The translations under genes and the position numbers were made by a program. Shown in pieces: positions 24,481 through 36,724 of a stretch of DNA of 64,000 nucleotides. The first letter of the stretch is position 1, and the number at the start of each line of letters is the position of its first letter. The DNA is from Macrostomum hystrix (Eukaryota; Animalia; Platyhelminthes). The notes beneath the pieces are model-generated. The model made no database searches. It had not been told where the DNA came from and worked only from the letters and a program-made list of their open reading frames with translations. The DNA lies in assembly GCA_950097015.1 (NCBI GenBank), contig CATNEN010000038.1:17980001-18044000 (forward strand). The letters are read 5' to 3'.

Positions 24481-26433
24481 TTAAAATCTTTGCGGGTTTA
24501 GGCCATTTACCTTGCTCTCTGCAGTGCTTGTAGAAAGTAATGTTTCATCTATCTAGATTATAGATTCTAATTAATGAGTCCTTAAGTATTCCTTACTTCG
24601 TGGCTCTTGAATTAAATGTAATTTCAACTTTATAATAGAGAATCAGAAATGGTTTGGATATCACGAGGTGGTTTAATCCTACAGGAATATAGTATATCAA
24701 ATTAAAAATGACTTTCTATCAATAATGTCTTCTCCTAGTATAATCGAAAGTTTGTATCATAAAGTCATATTTATTATCATCTGTAATAACATATAATTGA
24801 ACCTTTTCTTCAGCACAAATTGGCTGAGCATATGCCTACCATTTTAATTAAAAAGCAAACAAATTAAATTTATCAGCGTTATTAAAAAACTTACACCTGA
24901 TGTTTTTTAATAGTACTCTACTATTATTTAAAAATGGGTTTATTGCTTTTTACATTTATTCTTCTGGTATGATTGAGTTTAAATATAGACTCTAGATAGA
25001 TTATATATAAAGATATATGCATAGATATCGAAGTAAAGTGTCTTTTCTGACACCAAAATAAAATGATTTAGCCAGTAGACGTTATACGAGCGTACAATTC
25101 TCTCGATTTAAAGGAACAAAGTGCATTATTGTACAGTTATGGAAAAGAAAAATTTATTATACACAATTTTTTTCATAATCTTATAATCAGCTAACACTGA
25201 AAGTTGAACATAATGTGACTAACACAACGTTAGCGAATTTAAAGGCATGGTGCAAAAATGTACTCGTAGCAACAATATTAAAAGTGTTCAATGAAAACTA
25301 TAGTAAAAATTCACATTAACTATATTTCTAAAACAGATTAAAGTAAATAAATATAAATACAACTGAATCACTGAAAAATTGTGTAGCATTTCGGCGGAAA
25401 ATACTTTTAATAGTTACCTCTTGTTATAATGAATACTGTAATTCTCCCGGGAGCTCAGAGTTATATTTTTTTACTTATTAAATACTAAATAATTACAATA
25501 AACAATATTTAACTATCTTCAGTACACGAAATAAAGGCCCCTTTGTTATTTTTCAGCATACATTACCTCAACTATATGTACATTATACGCAACATTATGT
25601 TCCTATAAACATATTATACACTGTGGGTTTATATTGTAAGATATATATATAAACCTTGAACTGACATACATGTACAATACACGGCCAAAAATGCACACGC
25701 CAAAGTGATGAAATAAGTAAAAATGTTAAAAAATGCTGCCAACCGTAATCAAACACTAAAAAAGACACCTTTGACCTGTGCACAAATAAAATTGTATGAT
25801 AATGGCTCAGATGTATTTTATATCCGTCGATCTCATTTTAATTTTCACATGGGAACGGGAAGACGGACCACTCTGTAAGAACTAATTGAAGAACTACAAT
25901 AATTAGTTTAGCACTTAAGTAGATTTGCTTTGTTGGCTGTCCTTGGAGACCTTTCGCTAGTGAAAAAAGAATCGGCACTAATTAAACTGTACGTCTAGTT
26001 ATAATTATGTTATTCCCAGCTGACGGCTGACGTGCAGTGTCCATTTTCAGGTCATAATTAACTTATGTGTATAGATGTATAGAAAAAAAAGCGAAATATA
26101 CAAAATGAGCTACCTGATGCACAAATGGGATTTATTAAATGTACATGTACTTTACATGCATTTTAATTCCAACTCTACATAGCGGTCTCAAAAAGAATAG
26201 ACAGACTTCAATTAATTCAAGGTCGCTGTTCTAAAATTTAGCTACCCTAGAGGATCGATTCAGACGCAAATGCTGTTTTCCATTGCTGAGGCTGACACTT
26301 TTTGATGCCATCAAAGAAGAGCGGCCAAATAAGACTGTCAATGCAGGGTCAAGAAAAGCAAGCCACCCATCATATAGTTACGCAGCTGGCTATAGTTACG
26401 CAGCTGTTTGTTTAATGTCATTTTATCTTACAA

Positions 26434-28158
26434 CTAGCTTTTTTGCCCGTTGTTTTTGGGGCAGAAATGTAAAGCAAAGCAGTAAGAAATTCACGTCTCT
26501 GTATTAACTTTATAGTGAAGGTCACCATTTATTTATTTACTGCATTAATGAAAAGTGAAGAGTTTGTTTAAGGGCGTTTTAAGTAAAAAATAAGTGAAAA
26601 GTTTGTCCAAACAGCCCCCTCTTGATTACTTCTTTAGAAACATGTCTCTTAGCCACTCCTCTATACAGTCAGTGGCAGATCCAGGAATTTTGTTTTGGGG
26701 CGGTCTGTCAGGGGAGCGCCATGAGAATCACAGAGGGGGTGCCAGCGGCCGAAAAAGGGCGCCAGGAGCCAAGAAAGGGCGCCAGCGGCTGAAAAACGGG
26801 AGCCAGCGGCTGAAAAAGGGGCGCCAGCGGCCGAAAAGGGGCGCCAGTGCTGCGACTGGCGCCCCTGGTGGGGGCATCTTATTCCCATGATTAAAATTTA
26901 GGGGGGCGACTGCCCCCCCGCCCCCCCCTAAATCTGCCTCTGTATACAGTATGCATGTACACGCGTATACATAAGGAAAATAGCCATGACATAACAATAA
27001 CAATGTCAAAGAAACAAAATTAAACTGTTTCAGAGTTCAGAGTTAGACAGGTCAAGGTCAATTCGTGACTACTTTTCTATTAATTGCTTGCGAGTCACCT
27101 CAAGGCCTGGGGATACACCACATTCTTCGTTCTTCCCCTTGGTACGAAAATGAATAGGCCCGCTGGAGTTCCAACACGGGAGCAGGCGACATAAAGCTGC
27201 CCATGCGAGAAGCAAGGAGTCTCCAGGTTGATGCCAGCCACCTTCAGCGACTGTCCCTGAGCCTTGTTAATAGTCATCGCAAAGCACACTCTCACAGGGA
27301 ACTGCAGTCGCTTGAACTGAAATGGCAGGTCCGTGGGGATAATTGGAATCCGGGGAACGAACACAGACTCTCCTCTGCCAGATCCAGTCATTATCGTGGC
27401 CTCAATCACGTGTGGGAAGAGCCGCCTGACTATCAGTCTGGTGCCGTTACACAGCCTTGGCGCATTCAGGTTGCGGAGGAGCATAATTGGTGCCCCAACT
27501 TTCAGCTGCAAGTTGTGCGATGGAGTTCCAGGAGGATCTAGAGAGTTCAGAAACTCAACAGGATACTCCACAGCGGTGTCATCAGTCAACGTTGTATCAA
27601 TTGACTTGTAGGTGAAAACTGCACCTGCCAACTCCTGAAGCAGTTGGTAGTTAATTTCGTTGGCGGCATCATTTCTAGGACACAGAATTGCCCTCTCTGA
27701 CAGCCCGGGCTTCGGCGCCCGGGGAAGGGAGGGGGTGGCTGTAATAAAATTTGGCCCGCAGAGTGGCGGAGGGGAGTTGGGGTGGCTGTCCTCGGAAAAC
27801 AAAAAGTGACTCACTTTGAGATGATGCAGCTTTGCTCTGGATTGAGTAGAGATGTTCAAAATTGACAGCATTGTTGGAAAACATGTAAAGTGTAAGTGGA
27901 TCAAATTTGGAGAAAATCTGACAAAGTGGGGCGACGATATGTCGAATTGAGTGATTTTTTGACGATTTTTGAGCAGTTTTTTGCACTTTTGAGCAGGAAG
28001 GAAATGATTTTTCGGGAATTTGAGTAGCCTATTGCACTCAGCGTAGGTGGTTTTAGGTATGTGCAAAGTTTGGTGCGATTTGGTTGAGCGGTTTCGGCGT
28101 CTATAAAGACAAAAGGTTGCACACACACAGACAGAGCTTTCACTTTTATATATATAGA
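26434..28158 (-). mobile_element. Non-autonomous Helitron retaining the C-terminal PIF1-like helicase fragment (27095-~27715)
   Basis: 5' end A|TCTATATATATAAAA at 28158. 3' hairpin TGCCCCAAAAACAACGGGCA followed by CTAG|T at 26434. ORF has Helitron helicase motifs RAILCPRN, LKVGAPIMLLRNL..LCNGTRL, FAMTINKAQGQSL, FSHGQLYVACSRV. Confidence 0.88.
26670..26942. mobile_element. hAT-type MITE nested in the Helitron
   Basis: Imperfect TIRs CAGTGGCAGATCCAGG / CAGAGGCAGATTTAGG. 8-bp TSD TATACAGT at 26662-26669 and 26943-26950. Internal GCGCCAGCGGCTGAAAAA repeats. Confidence 0.85.
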
Positions 28159-28428
28159 TGTGACGACCACTTCGATGTTTGATACAATTAAAGTATTGAA
28201 TCCATTTATCGAATCAAATGAAAAAAGCTATCCCGGTAAAAACAACTCAGATTAAAATTGAGATCATTATTTAATTGCGGAAATTCATGATTGGCTCTAA
28301 AATTCGTCTATCCAATGAAATATGGCTCAGCGAATTCTAGCTCTTTGAGGTTAGAAAATGAAAGTGAAAATGAAAAGCGAATGCTGCACCTGTAAGAATT
28401 AGGCAAGAACTCAAGAAACGTCCATGTC

Positions 28429-30603
28429 ATGAGCGTTCCAGACAGCATTGAGAGCACCCTACGGAATAGCACAGCGGCAACAGCCGAGACGGAAAACTCG
28501 CCATCTGTTCTAGAACTGTGCATCGACGCTGTGTCCTACACTGGCATCTTCGCTGCGGCCACAGTCGCTAACGGCCTAGCCGCTTACACATATTTGGTCA
28601 CGAGGTCATTGTGGAACGGTTTCGCCTGGCTCATCTGCACCAACTTCGTCAGCAACTGTCTGGGCAGCCTCCTGGCCGGCCTGTTGAATGTGCAGGCGGC
28701 CTGGCGACCCCACTGGCACTTTCCTGATTGGTACTGCCGCTGGTACGCCTTCTGGATTGGCTGGACTGGGCTGACATCGCTGAATGTTCTCACTGCGTTG
28801 TCCGCTCTGCGCTGCCGATTCATTCTGACTAACAGGAACCTTTCAGCTAGAGCGTCAGCTAAGCTCATCTTCCTTCTGTCCAGCCTGGCGCTGATGTGGA
28901 TTCTGCCTATGTTTTTCCGACCCACTCTGGTTGTGCCACTCAGGTCCGTGTCTACCTGCGATCTGAACTGGTCCAGCCGACTCGCTGGCGACCGGGCCTA
29001 CTGGCTCTGCCTGCTGACTGCACAGTTTCTGCTGCCAGTGACTGTCGTCTGCATCTCCAACTTTAAAATCTTCTTTCATGTACGAGCTGGCATTGTGTCC
29101 TTGTAGCATTTTGGCATTACATTGTGGCATTGTTTTTATTTGCTGCGGCAAAATCCATAATTTTACATCCGGCTGTTTCAATGTTTCAGTGCCTGGGTGT
29201 TTCAGATTGAATTTGCTCTAACTTTCAGCTTCACAGAAAGCAGAAGAATAGCTTGCTTCAAGGAAGCAATCGTATGAAACGGGACAGGCGTGTTGCGTTG
29301 CACATATTCATAGTAATTGGTAAGAACAACCATCTAAACTGCTTGTGAGCTGTTGATATTCTTCTCATTTTACCATTTTCCTTACCGCTCCTTAAATAGT
29401 TAAGAAACAGAATTACTCCTCCAGGCACTGGCATCAATGTTCCCGAGACACCCACCTCTCTCCAGACACTGTATCAAGGTTCTCCAGACACCCACATCCC
29501 TCCAGACACTGGTATCAAGGTTCCCCAGACACCCACCTCACTCCAGGCACTGGCATCAAGGTTCCCCAGACACCCACCTCACTCCAGACACTGGCATCAA
29601 GGTTCCCCAGACACCCACCTCACTCCAGACACTGGTATCAAGGTTCCCCAGACACCCACCTCACTCCAGACACTGGTATCAAGGTTCCCCAGATACCCAC
29701 CTCACTCCAGACACTGGCATCAAGGTTCCCCAGACACGCACCTCCCTCCAGACACTGGCATCAAGGTTCCCCAGACACCCACCTCACTCCAGACACTGGC
29801 ATCAAGGTTCTCCAGACACCCACATCCCTCCAGACACTGTATCAAGGTTCTCCAGACACCCACATCCCTCCAGACACTGGTATCAAGGTTCCCCAGACAC
29901 CCACCTCACTCCAGGCACTGGCATCAAGGTTCCCCAGACACCCACCTCACTCCAGACACTGGTATCAAGGTTCCCCAGACACCCACCTCACTCCAGACAC
30001 TGGCATCAAGGTTCCCCAGACACCCACCTCACTCCAGACACTGGCATCAAGGTTCCCCAGACACCCACCTCACTCCAGACACTGTATTAAGGTTCTCCAG
30101 ACACCCACCTCACTCCAGGCACTGGCATCAAGGTTTTCGTCGCTTACTCACTCCTCTTAATGAATATCCTTAGCTTAAATTCTGTTGAATGACTTTTAAT
30201 GCTGAAAGGCACCTTCCTGCTCTGCTGGACGCCTTACGCTGTGACGGCTGGGATTGCCGTTGTGTCAGCGATCCCGCAGAGCAGTCTGCTGCATCGGTCC
30301 CTGGCGCGGACCGCTCTACTCTGCGCCAAGTCCAGCATTGCCCTGTCTGCCGTGATGCACTTTGCCGTGAATGCCGAATTTCGCCAGTCACTGGGCGCTA
30401 CGCCACTAGGTCGGCTCATTGCACGCTGCTATACGCACTGTTGCTGTCAGCCATGCTGTCGATCTGTAGCCAACGGAGCCATTGCCGAGGTCACACCCGA
30501 GGCTGCTGCAATCAAGGAACAGGACGCCATGGTTCCCAGAAGAGAATCCCAACCTGATCTAAACCCATTGCAACGTACTGGTCTATTAGAGACGGTAGTG
30601 TAA
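28429..30603 (+). CDS. Divergent opsin-like rhodopsin-family GPCR; exons 28429-29079, 29229-29319, 30209-30603
   Basis: Seven hydrophobic segments, W.F...YCRWYAF (TM3 Cys), TCDLNW (ECL2), FLLPV (TM5), FLLCWTPYA (TM6), CAKSS with K296-equivalent Lys, helix 8 N.EFR. Splice phases 0 and 1 are compatible. Confidence 0.85.
29415..30135. repeat. Minisatellite, 41-bp unit, in opsin intron 2
   Basis: GGTTCCCCAGACACCCACCTCACTCCAGACACTGGCATCAA, about 17 copies. Confidence 0.97.
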
Positions 30604-31857
30604 ACAGGTGTATACATCAGTGAATACACACATTTTTTCTGTATCTCCTAAAAATTTAACCAATCGCCATGAAGATGCAGAACAGCGTCTCAAATTTTCC
30701 GCTCTATCCGAGGAAACAACTTCCAGAATCACACAACAATCTGCATACAGGGCAATGTCAGTTGTCCTTGACACCAGCGTCTTCGACAAGTATCGCTGAA
30801 TATCTCGACGATGCTGACGTCGGACGACTTTGAAAGTTAGTTCATCGTACAGTGCGGAAATTTTTTATCAGTGGACTTTCAGGAAAATTGGTCATTCGGT
30901 TTTGGAGCTATCGTGGAGTAGGCATCAGGTATTTGAAACACTCCCCCATCGTGGTCTTTCCCCAGATGCTTGAAGCGTGTTCTTTCTACTGTTAAGAGTT
31001 TTGCCCCAATAGTGCGTAAACTAGACGACAAGCCTCCAAGCCTTCTCTCTGTTGATGCTGCCTAAATGAAAGCATTCGATTTTCTCACTACGTATTCGAC
31101 CTTAAAACCGATGGATCGCCAAGTCAAAAGTGCAAAACCCGAAATGAAAATGTTTAAGTCTTGTGAATGTGAAGTCATGTGCTACGGCGATGAGAAAGTT
31201 TTTGAAACGACTCAATTTTTCGGTCCGAAAAAAATGTAATTTTTGGCCCATTTTCTACCTATCATTGTGTCGTGGGTTTTAACTACGATTTTTTACTCTA
31301 GCAGATATGAATCTATTGCTGTCCTCGCTTTCAATAATAAGGCAGTTGTAACAACCTAACCAGTTTTCATGGTAAATGCTGCACAGATTTTGAAAGAAAA
31401 AAATGCGAAAATACCGATAGTAGCTTGCTTGACAATGCGATCTGGGCGTACCTGTTTTCCCCTATTGTTCTTGCGATACGCACTGAACTAACAATCGAGA
31501 ACCCATTGGGTAAATATATTTAACAAATTTAGCTGCAGTCAGTGGGTGGGGGTCGTGTCGTATCGTTCTACTTCGTCTTGAGAACTGGCGGCATGCCAAA
31601 GGCGTGTACGATGATCAGACATCTTTTTACAGCGTATATAAATTGAAGGACAGACCTGCTACTGTATTCCGCCGTTGTCAATTAGTGCATTTTGCATTTC
31701 CTACGAAGCGTAGAATTAGAGGCTGAATAGATTTGCGGAATAGACAAAGCAATGTAAAACCTGAAATTGTTTGTTTTTGAATCTACTGTTGATAGGAGAT
31801 AGCGGCTCTTTCGTAGACTGTTTTGGCTGTAGGTTCATTAATAGAGTGAATTGACCG

Positions 31858-32407
31858 TTGTCTCGTTTGAAGACTGGTTTAGTTGTCGGCTCGTTTGAAA
31901 ACTGGTTTGGTTGTCGGCTCGTTTGAAGACTAGTTTGGTTGTCGGCTCGTTTGAAGACTGGTTTGGTTTTCGGCTCGTTTGAAGACTGGTTTGGTTATCG
32001 GCTCGTTTGAAAACTGGTTTGGTTGTCGGCTCGTTTGAAGACTAGTTTGGTTGTCGGCTCGTTTGAAGACTGGTTTGGTTTTCGGCTCGTTTGAAGACTG
32101 GTTTGGTTATCGGCTCGTTTGAAAACTGGTTTGGTTGTCGGCTCGTTTGAAGACTAGTTTGGTTGTCGGCTCGTTTGAAGACTGGTTTGGTTATCGGCTC
32201 GTTTGAAAACTGGTTTGGTTGTCGGCTCGTTTGAAGACTGGTTTGGTTGTCGGCTCGTTTGAAGACTGGTTTGGTTGTCGGCTCGTTTGAAGACTGGTTT
32301 GGTTGTCGGCTCGTTTGAAAACTGGTTTGGTTGTCGGCTCGTTTGAAGACTGGTTTGCTGTCGGCTCGTTTGAAGACTGTTTTAGTTGCCGGCTAGTTTA
32401 AAGACTC
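31858..32407. repeat. Minisatellite, 28-bp unit GGCTCGTTTGAAGACTGGTTTGGTTGTC
   Basis: About 19-20 tandem units. Confidence 0.97.
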
Positions 32408-32666
32408 GGGGATTGATTATCGGCTTGAATGTCTTTCAAAAAGGCTAAATAAGCTAACTAAAACAGCCATGCACAGTTTTTTGCGGACAATAAAATTAAA
32501 CGTTAGTTTCACTCAGAAAATATTGCTCTGGTGTTAAAATGTCAAAATATTTTTTATTTTTAGTATTATTAGTAAGAAACGAAAAAGGACGACATTGTTT
32601 TTGACTTGTTTGCTTTTGTTTTGTTAAGTATACTATCCTTTTTTGCTTGCCAGCGAATTGAATAAA

Positions 32667-34811
32667 TTAAGTAAACATTTTTTCTACAACAGATTTAGAC
32701 CTTTCTTGAAGTCTTTCGTACTCTCGCAGCTGCTGTACAAGATGCCTGCTCTCGGTCTGGAAGTGAATCGGTATTATCGAAGCATTCGCTTTTCTCAATA
32801 TGCCTTGAGAACTATTTACATGTGAGTCCTATCAGAACCCGGATTAATTTTTTATTTTTGCATGACCTTTGTAAAGCGATCCTGCCTAGTCCTACCTGTT
32901 TCTCAAGCGTTCCAATTAACCTTCCAGTCAGCTAGAGTACAGCCCACAAAGCGACTCACCTCGGCCCCAGTCGGGTCGAACTCGACTCTGCCCCAGCCGC
33001 TGAGCGTGGACTCGTCAAGGCAACCACGCCAAATCACGCAGACTCCGTTCAGGATGAAGCGAGATGTCAGGTGAATCTGCAGTGTGAAGTTCATTCTGGC
33101 TGCACGACTTCTCAAGTCTTCGAGTTTACTATGAGTAGTGCGATTAACACTCACCAATCCATCGCCAGGGAATCGGCACTGCTGTTGAGTGACCCGCCTC
33201 TGACCCATAGGTTTTTGGGTCCACTGATTGTCGTCAAGCACCAGGTGAAGCGGCAGACCCAAAGGTACGACAGTCTACAGGTTATCGACAGCATTAAAAA
33301 GCATTAGAGGTTGTAGCGCAGATGCGTCGGTTGGAGTCGAAATTTTGGTGAATGGCCACCTCTACAACCCACGGACTGATCAGACGGTACAAAGCCTTTG
33401 GATCATGCACATTAAATAGCTGTGGCTGTGCCACTGGCTGTACATCTGTCATGCGTACATCTGTCACATGCGTGCATCTGTCATGCGTACATCTGTCACA
33501 TGCGTGCATCTGTCATGCGTACATCTGTCACATGGGTACATCTGTCACATGCGTACATCTGTCACATGCGTACATCTGTCACATGGGTACATCTGTCATA
33601 TGCGTACATCTGTCACATGCGTACATCTGCCACATGCGTGCATCTGTCATGCGTACATCTGTCACATGCGTACATATGTCACATGGGTACATCTGTCACA
33701 TGGGTACATCTGTCACATGCGTACATCTGTCACATGCGTACTATCTCCAAAATTAATCGAACAATCGCCATGAAAATGGGGTGGGCGTCGTAGGACGGCT
33801 TTAAAAGTTAGCTCGTTGTAAAGGGCGGAAATCTTTGATCAGCATGGTGGACTTTCATGAAAATCGTTCATTCGGTTTGGGAGATATCGTGAAGGTGGGC
33901 AGTGGGTATTTTAAATTCATCACTGAAGTCTTTTCCTCGAGGGGTGGTCGTTTTTTACGGTTAAAAGTATAAAAAACGTAAATTGCGTTAATTCACCTGC
34001 GCATTTATCAAGTGCCGACGCACAAATTTTTCCCCAATTAGTGACGGGATCTGAGCAGATGAGCAGATGACGCCCACCTATAGCTGCCGAAGCAGCAGAA
34101 GAGCTGTGCCATACCGCATACACTGCTGGCTGCAGCAGCATCTAGTATGCGTCAGCTGCCAGGTCGCCTGGGCTGGTGAGGGCTTAGTTGTAAAACCACG
34201 CGACAGCAAAATTTGGAATTCTGGCATGCAGTTTTTTCCTTTGTTTTCTCCCTCATCTGTCTCTTGGCTTTCCTCTCTGTCAGACTTCCTTTTCTGTCTC
34301 AAACAGTTGTCCAATTATGGTTGGGCGAAGTTGAAAAGCATTGCTAAATGCTAAACTAGTCCAGTGCTCCAAGGTATAAAAACTACGACTTGTAAAATAT
34401 AAGTTAAAGTCCGTTTCTGGCACTAGATTCACCGAGCTCGATTCCGCGGCGAGGCCACATTCATTTTGGGGCGCAGCCAATCACAGTACCAGTGAGTCGC
34501 AGCCAATCACAGTACCAGTGAGTCGCAGCCAATCACAGTACCAGTGAGACACCCGTGAGTTAGTAGCTTACCAGGGTTAGATTGCCCTTGTGCAGCTCCT
34601 GCAGGAGGATGCTTCGTCTGTCACTGGGATGTTTGTCAGTGTGCAGCGGGTATTTAACCTGCAGTCAGTTAAAGGATTTGAATGTCATGATCGGTGTTAT
34701 TCATTTAGTCAGATTAAACAGTCTACAGCTTACAGAGTGGTTGCAGGAGAGCAGTCTGAGTAGATGATCGTTCTCAAACTTGGTTTCCTGGTCTGGCACA
34801 ACCCGAGGCAT
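32667..34811 (-). CDS. CBFB: Core-binding factor beta subunit (Runx partner, Brother/Big brother family); exons 34734-34811, 34572-34658, 33155-33274, 32960-33076 and probable last exon 32667-32756
   Basis: Exon 1 reads MPRVVPDQETKFEND and exon 4 reads IHLTSRFILNGVCVIWRGCLD...GWGRVEFD, both hallmark CBF-beta segments. All introns are phase 0 GT-AG. The last exon (TESRHLVQQLREYERLQE..) is less certain. Confidence 0.92.
33438..33742. repeat. Minisatellite with 15/17-bp units (CATCTGTCACATGCGTA) in CBF-beta intron 2
   Basis: Direct tandem repetition. Explains the spurious His/Cys-rich ORFs. Confidence 0.95.
34473..34549. repeat. Three tandem 26-bp units GCAGCCAATCACAGTACCAGTGAGTC fused to a SINE A fragment (34430-34477)
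   Basis: Directly visible. Each unit contains CCAAT. Confidence 0.85.
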
Positions 34812-34919
34812 GACTCCGAGGCCGCTTGAGGATCATTGGCTTTCTGAAAGTCCACTTTGAATGTCACCCTGGCTTAATATTCTGGCGTGAAACCACAGCT
34901 CACAAAAGTTTGAGAAAAA

Positions 34920-34975
34920 ACAGCCAATGAGAGCAATTTTCCTGTGTATTTGTTTCAGCCAATCAGCCAATCATG
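34920..34975. promoter_or_regulatory. Clustered CCAAT boxes upstream of CBF-beta
   Basis: CAGCCAATGA at 34921 and CAGCCAATCAGCCAATCA at about 34956, 110-165 bp upstream of the ATG. Both match the NF-Y consensus RRCCAATSR. Confidence 0.5.
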
Positions 34976-35044
34976 AGAACAGATGTTGCTAAAGGCACAG
35001 AGATACTCTTCTAGATATTCTTAAACTGGTAAGAAGTGCAAAAG

Positions 35045-35699
35045 GCCTCTGCCTCTGCCTCTGCCTCCTCTGCCTCCTCTGCCTCTGCCTCCTCTGCCTC
35101 CTCTGTCTCCTCTGCCTCCTCTGCCTCTGCCTCCTCTGCCTCCTCTGCCTCTGCCTCCTCTGCCTCCTCTGCCTCCTCTGCCTCCTCTGCCTCTGCCTCC
35201 TCTGCCTCTGCCTCCTCTGCCTCTGCCTCCTCTGCCTCCTCTGCCTCCTCTGCCTCCTCTGCCTCTGCCTCCTCTGCCTCTGCCTCCTCTGCCTCCTCTG
35301 CCTCCTCTGCCTCTGCCTCCTCTGCCTCCTCTGCCTCTGCCTCCTCTGCCTCCTCTGCCTCTGCCTCCTCTGCCTCCTCTGCCTCCTCTGCCTCTGCCTC
35401 CTCTGCCTCCTCTGCCTCTGCCTCCTCTGCCTCCTCTGCCTCCTCTGCCTCCTCTGCCTCCTCTGCCTCCTCTGCCTCTGCCTCCTCTGCCTCCTCTGCC
35501 TCCTCTGCCTCCTCTGCCTCTACCTCCTCTGCCTCCTCTGCCTCCTCTGCCTCCTCTGCCTCTGCCTCCTCTGCCTCCTCTGCCTCCTCTGCCTCTGCCT
35601 CCTCTGCCTCCTCTGCCTCCTCTGCCTCCGCTGCCTCCTCTGCCTCCTCTGCCTCCTCTGCCTCCTCTGCCTCTGCCTCTTATGCCTCCTCTGCCTCCT
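35045..35699. repeat. Pyrimidine-rich simple repeat of mixed GCCTCT / GCCTCCTCT units
   Basis: About 650 bp. Gives the spurious poly-Ser/Ala ORF. Confidence 0.97.
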
Positions 35700-36724
35700 T
35701 TAGTGGTTACTGTAAGTAGTGCATCAGAAAAGACTATTTTAACGACATCTATTTCTCTGGTTCAGTAACGAAAAGGCACAAAAAAGGTGAAAATGGCATT
35801 GATTGATGATGTGCAAAACAAAGTCTTTCATGAAGGTAGCCGGCTTCCTTGGTGGAAAGAGGAGCGTATCGTCAACGCATTAACACAAGCTTCTGTGGCC
35901 CACAGTATTTTTGTGAACTTTTTACAATGGGGGGGGCACACAACAGAGCAGAAGAGTTTTTTTTGCTGCAATTAACTAGGCCCAGCCATTTGACCCAGAT
36001 TTCCGCTTCAGACTTCAAGTTGCAACTAGATTCGCTTAGACGACTTCAATGCTTAATTTAATAGTCTAGATTAGCAATAGATTCTATTTTTTCATTGTTA
36101 CCACTTAGCTACTAATCATGCTTCCTCTTAACTCACCAGCTCGTGACCCAAAGTAAACGCTGTGTGGCTGTCAGTTCTAGCCGGTACAAAAGCTGTAGAA
36201 TTATTTGTGAGGCTGCACAGGACAATAAAAAATCGGTGTAAAAATGCCAGAAAGGCCCCACAAACAAGCCGGCCGGAAGTGTTTCCAGGTGACCCTGCAG
36301 CCAGCAGAAAGTTGGTTGTATCCGAGTTATCAACATTGTAAATCTGATTGCGGTATGCCTGCTTGCGTGTCCTTCCCTGATAAAGCTCCTCGTATTAAGT
36401 TGGTGGGCAAAGTTCGCCGGTTGAAAAAAAAGATCAAAAAATTATCAAACGATAATGAAGCTGGGAGTTTATTGCAGTTTCCCATACGCCAGGGCCTTCA
36501 CCTAGCAGCCAACGATGGCCAATCGCAGAGACCCGACCAATGGCGATGGAGAGGACAATATCCTCCTGGGAAATCTCCTCTCATTCGGAGCCTGTGTTAC
36601 GTTTCCCTGCGACTATATTTAATGAGAACCGAACAGGCCTGTAGGTAGGACTTTCAAGGGCACCAGGTGCCAAATGTTGAATAGGGTTCAAATTCAGGCA
36701 GTTTCCAAAACCTGTTAGCCAGCA

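Noticed and set aside
30586-30830. Possible downstream CBF-beta exon
   Set aside because: The sequence matches an interspersed repeat also found near 5230, 37380 and 38200.
35036-35719. Poly-Ser/Ala 227-aa ORF (silk- or antifreeze-like)
   Set aside because: Only GCC, TCT and TCC codons from a simple repeat, a non-ATG start and no signal peptide.
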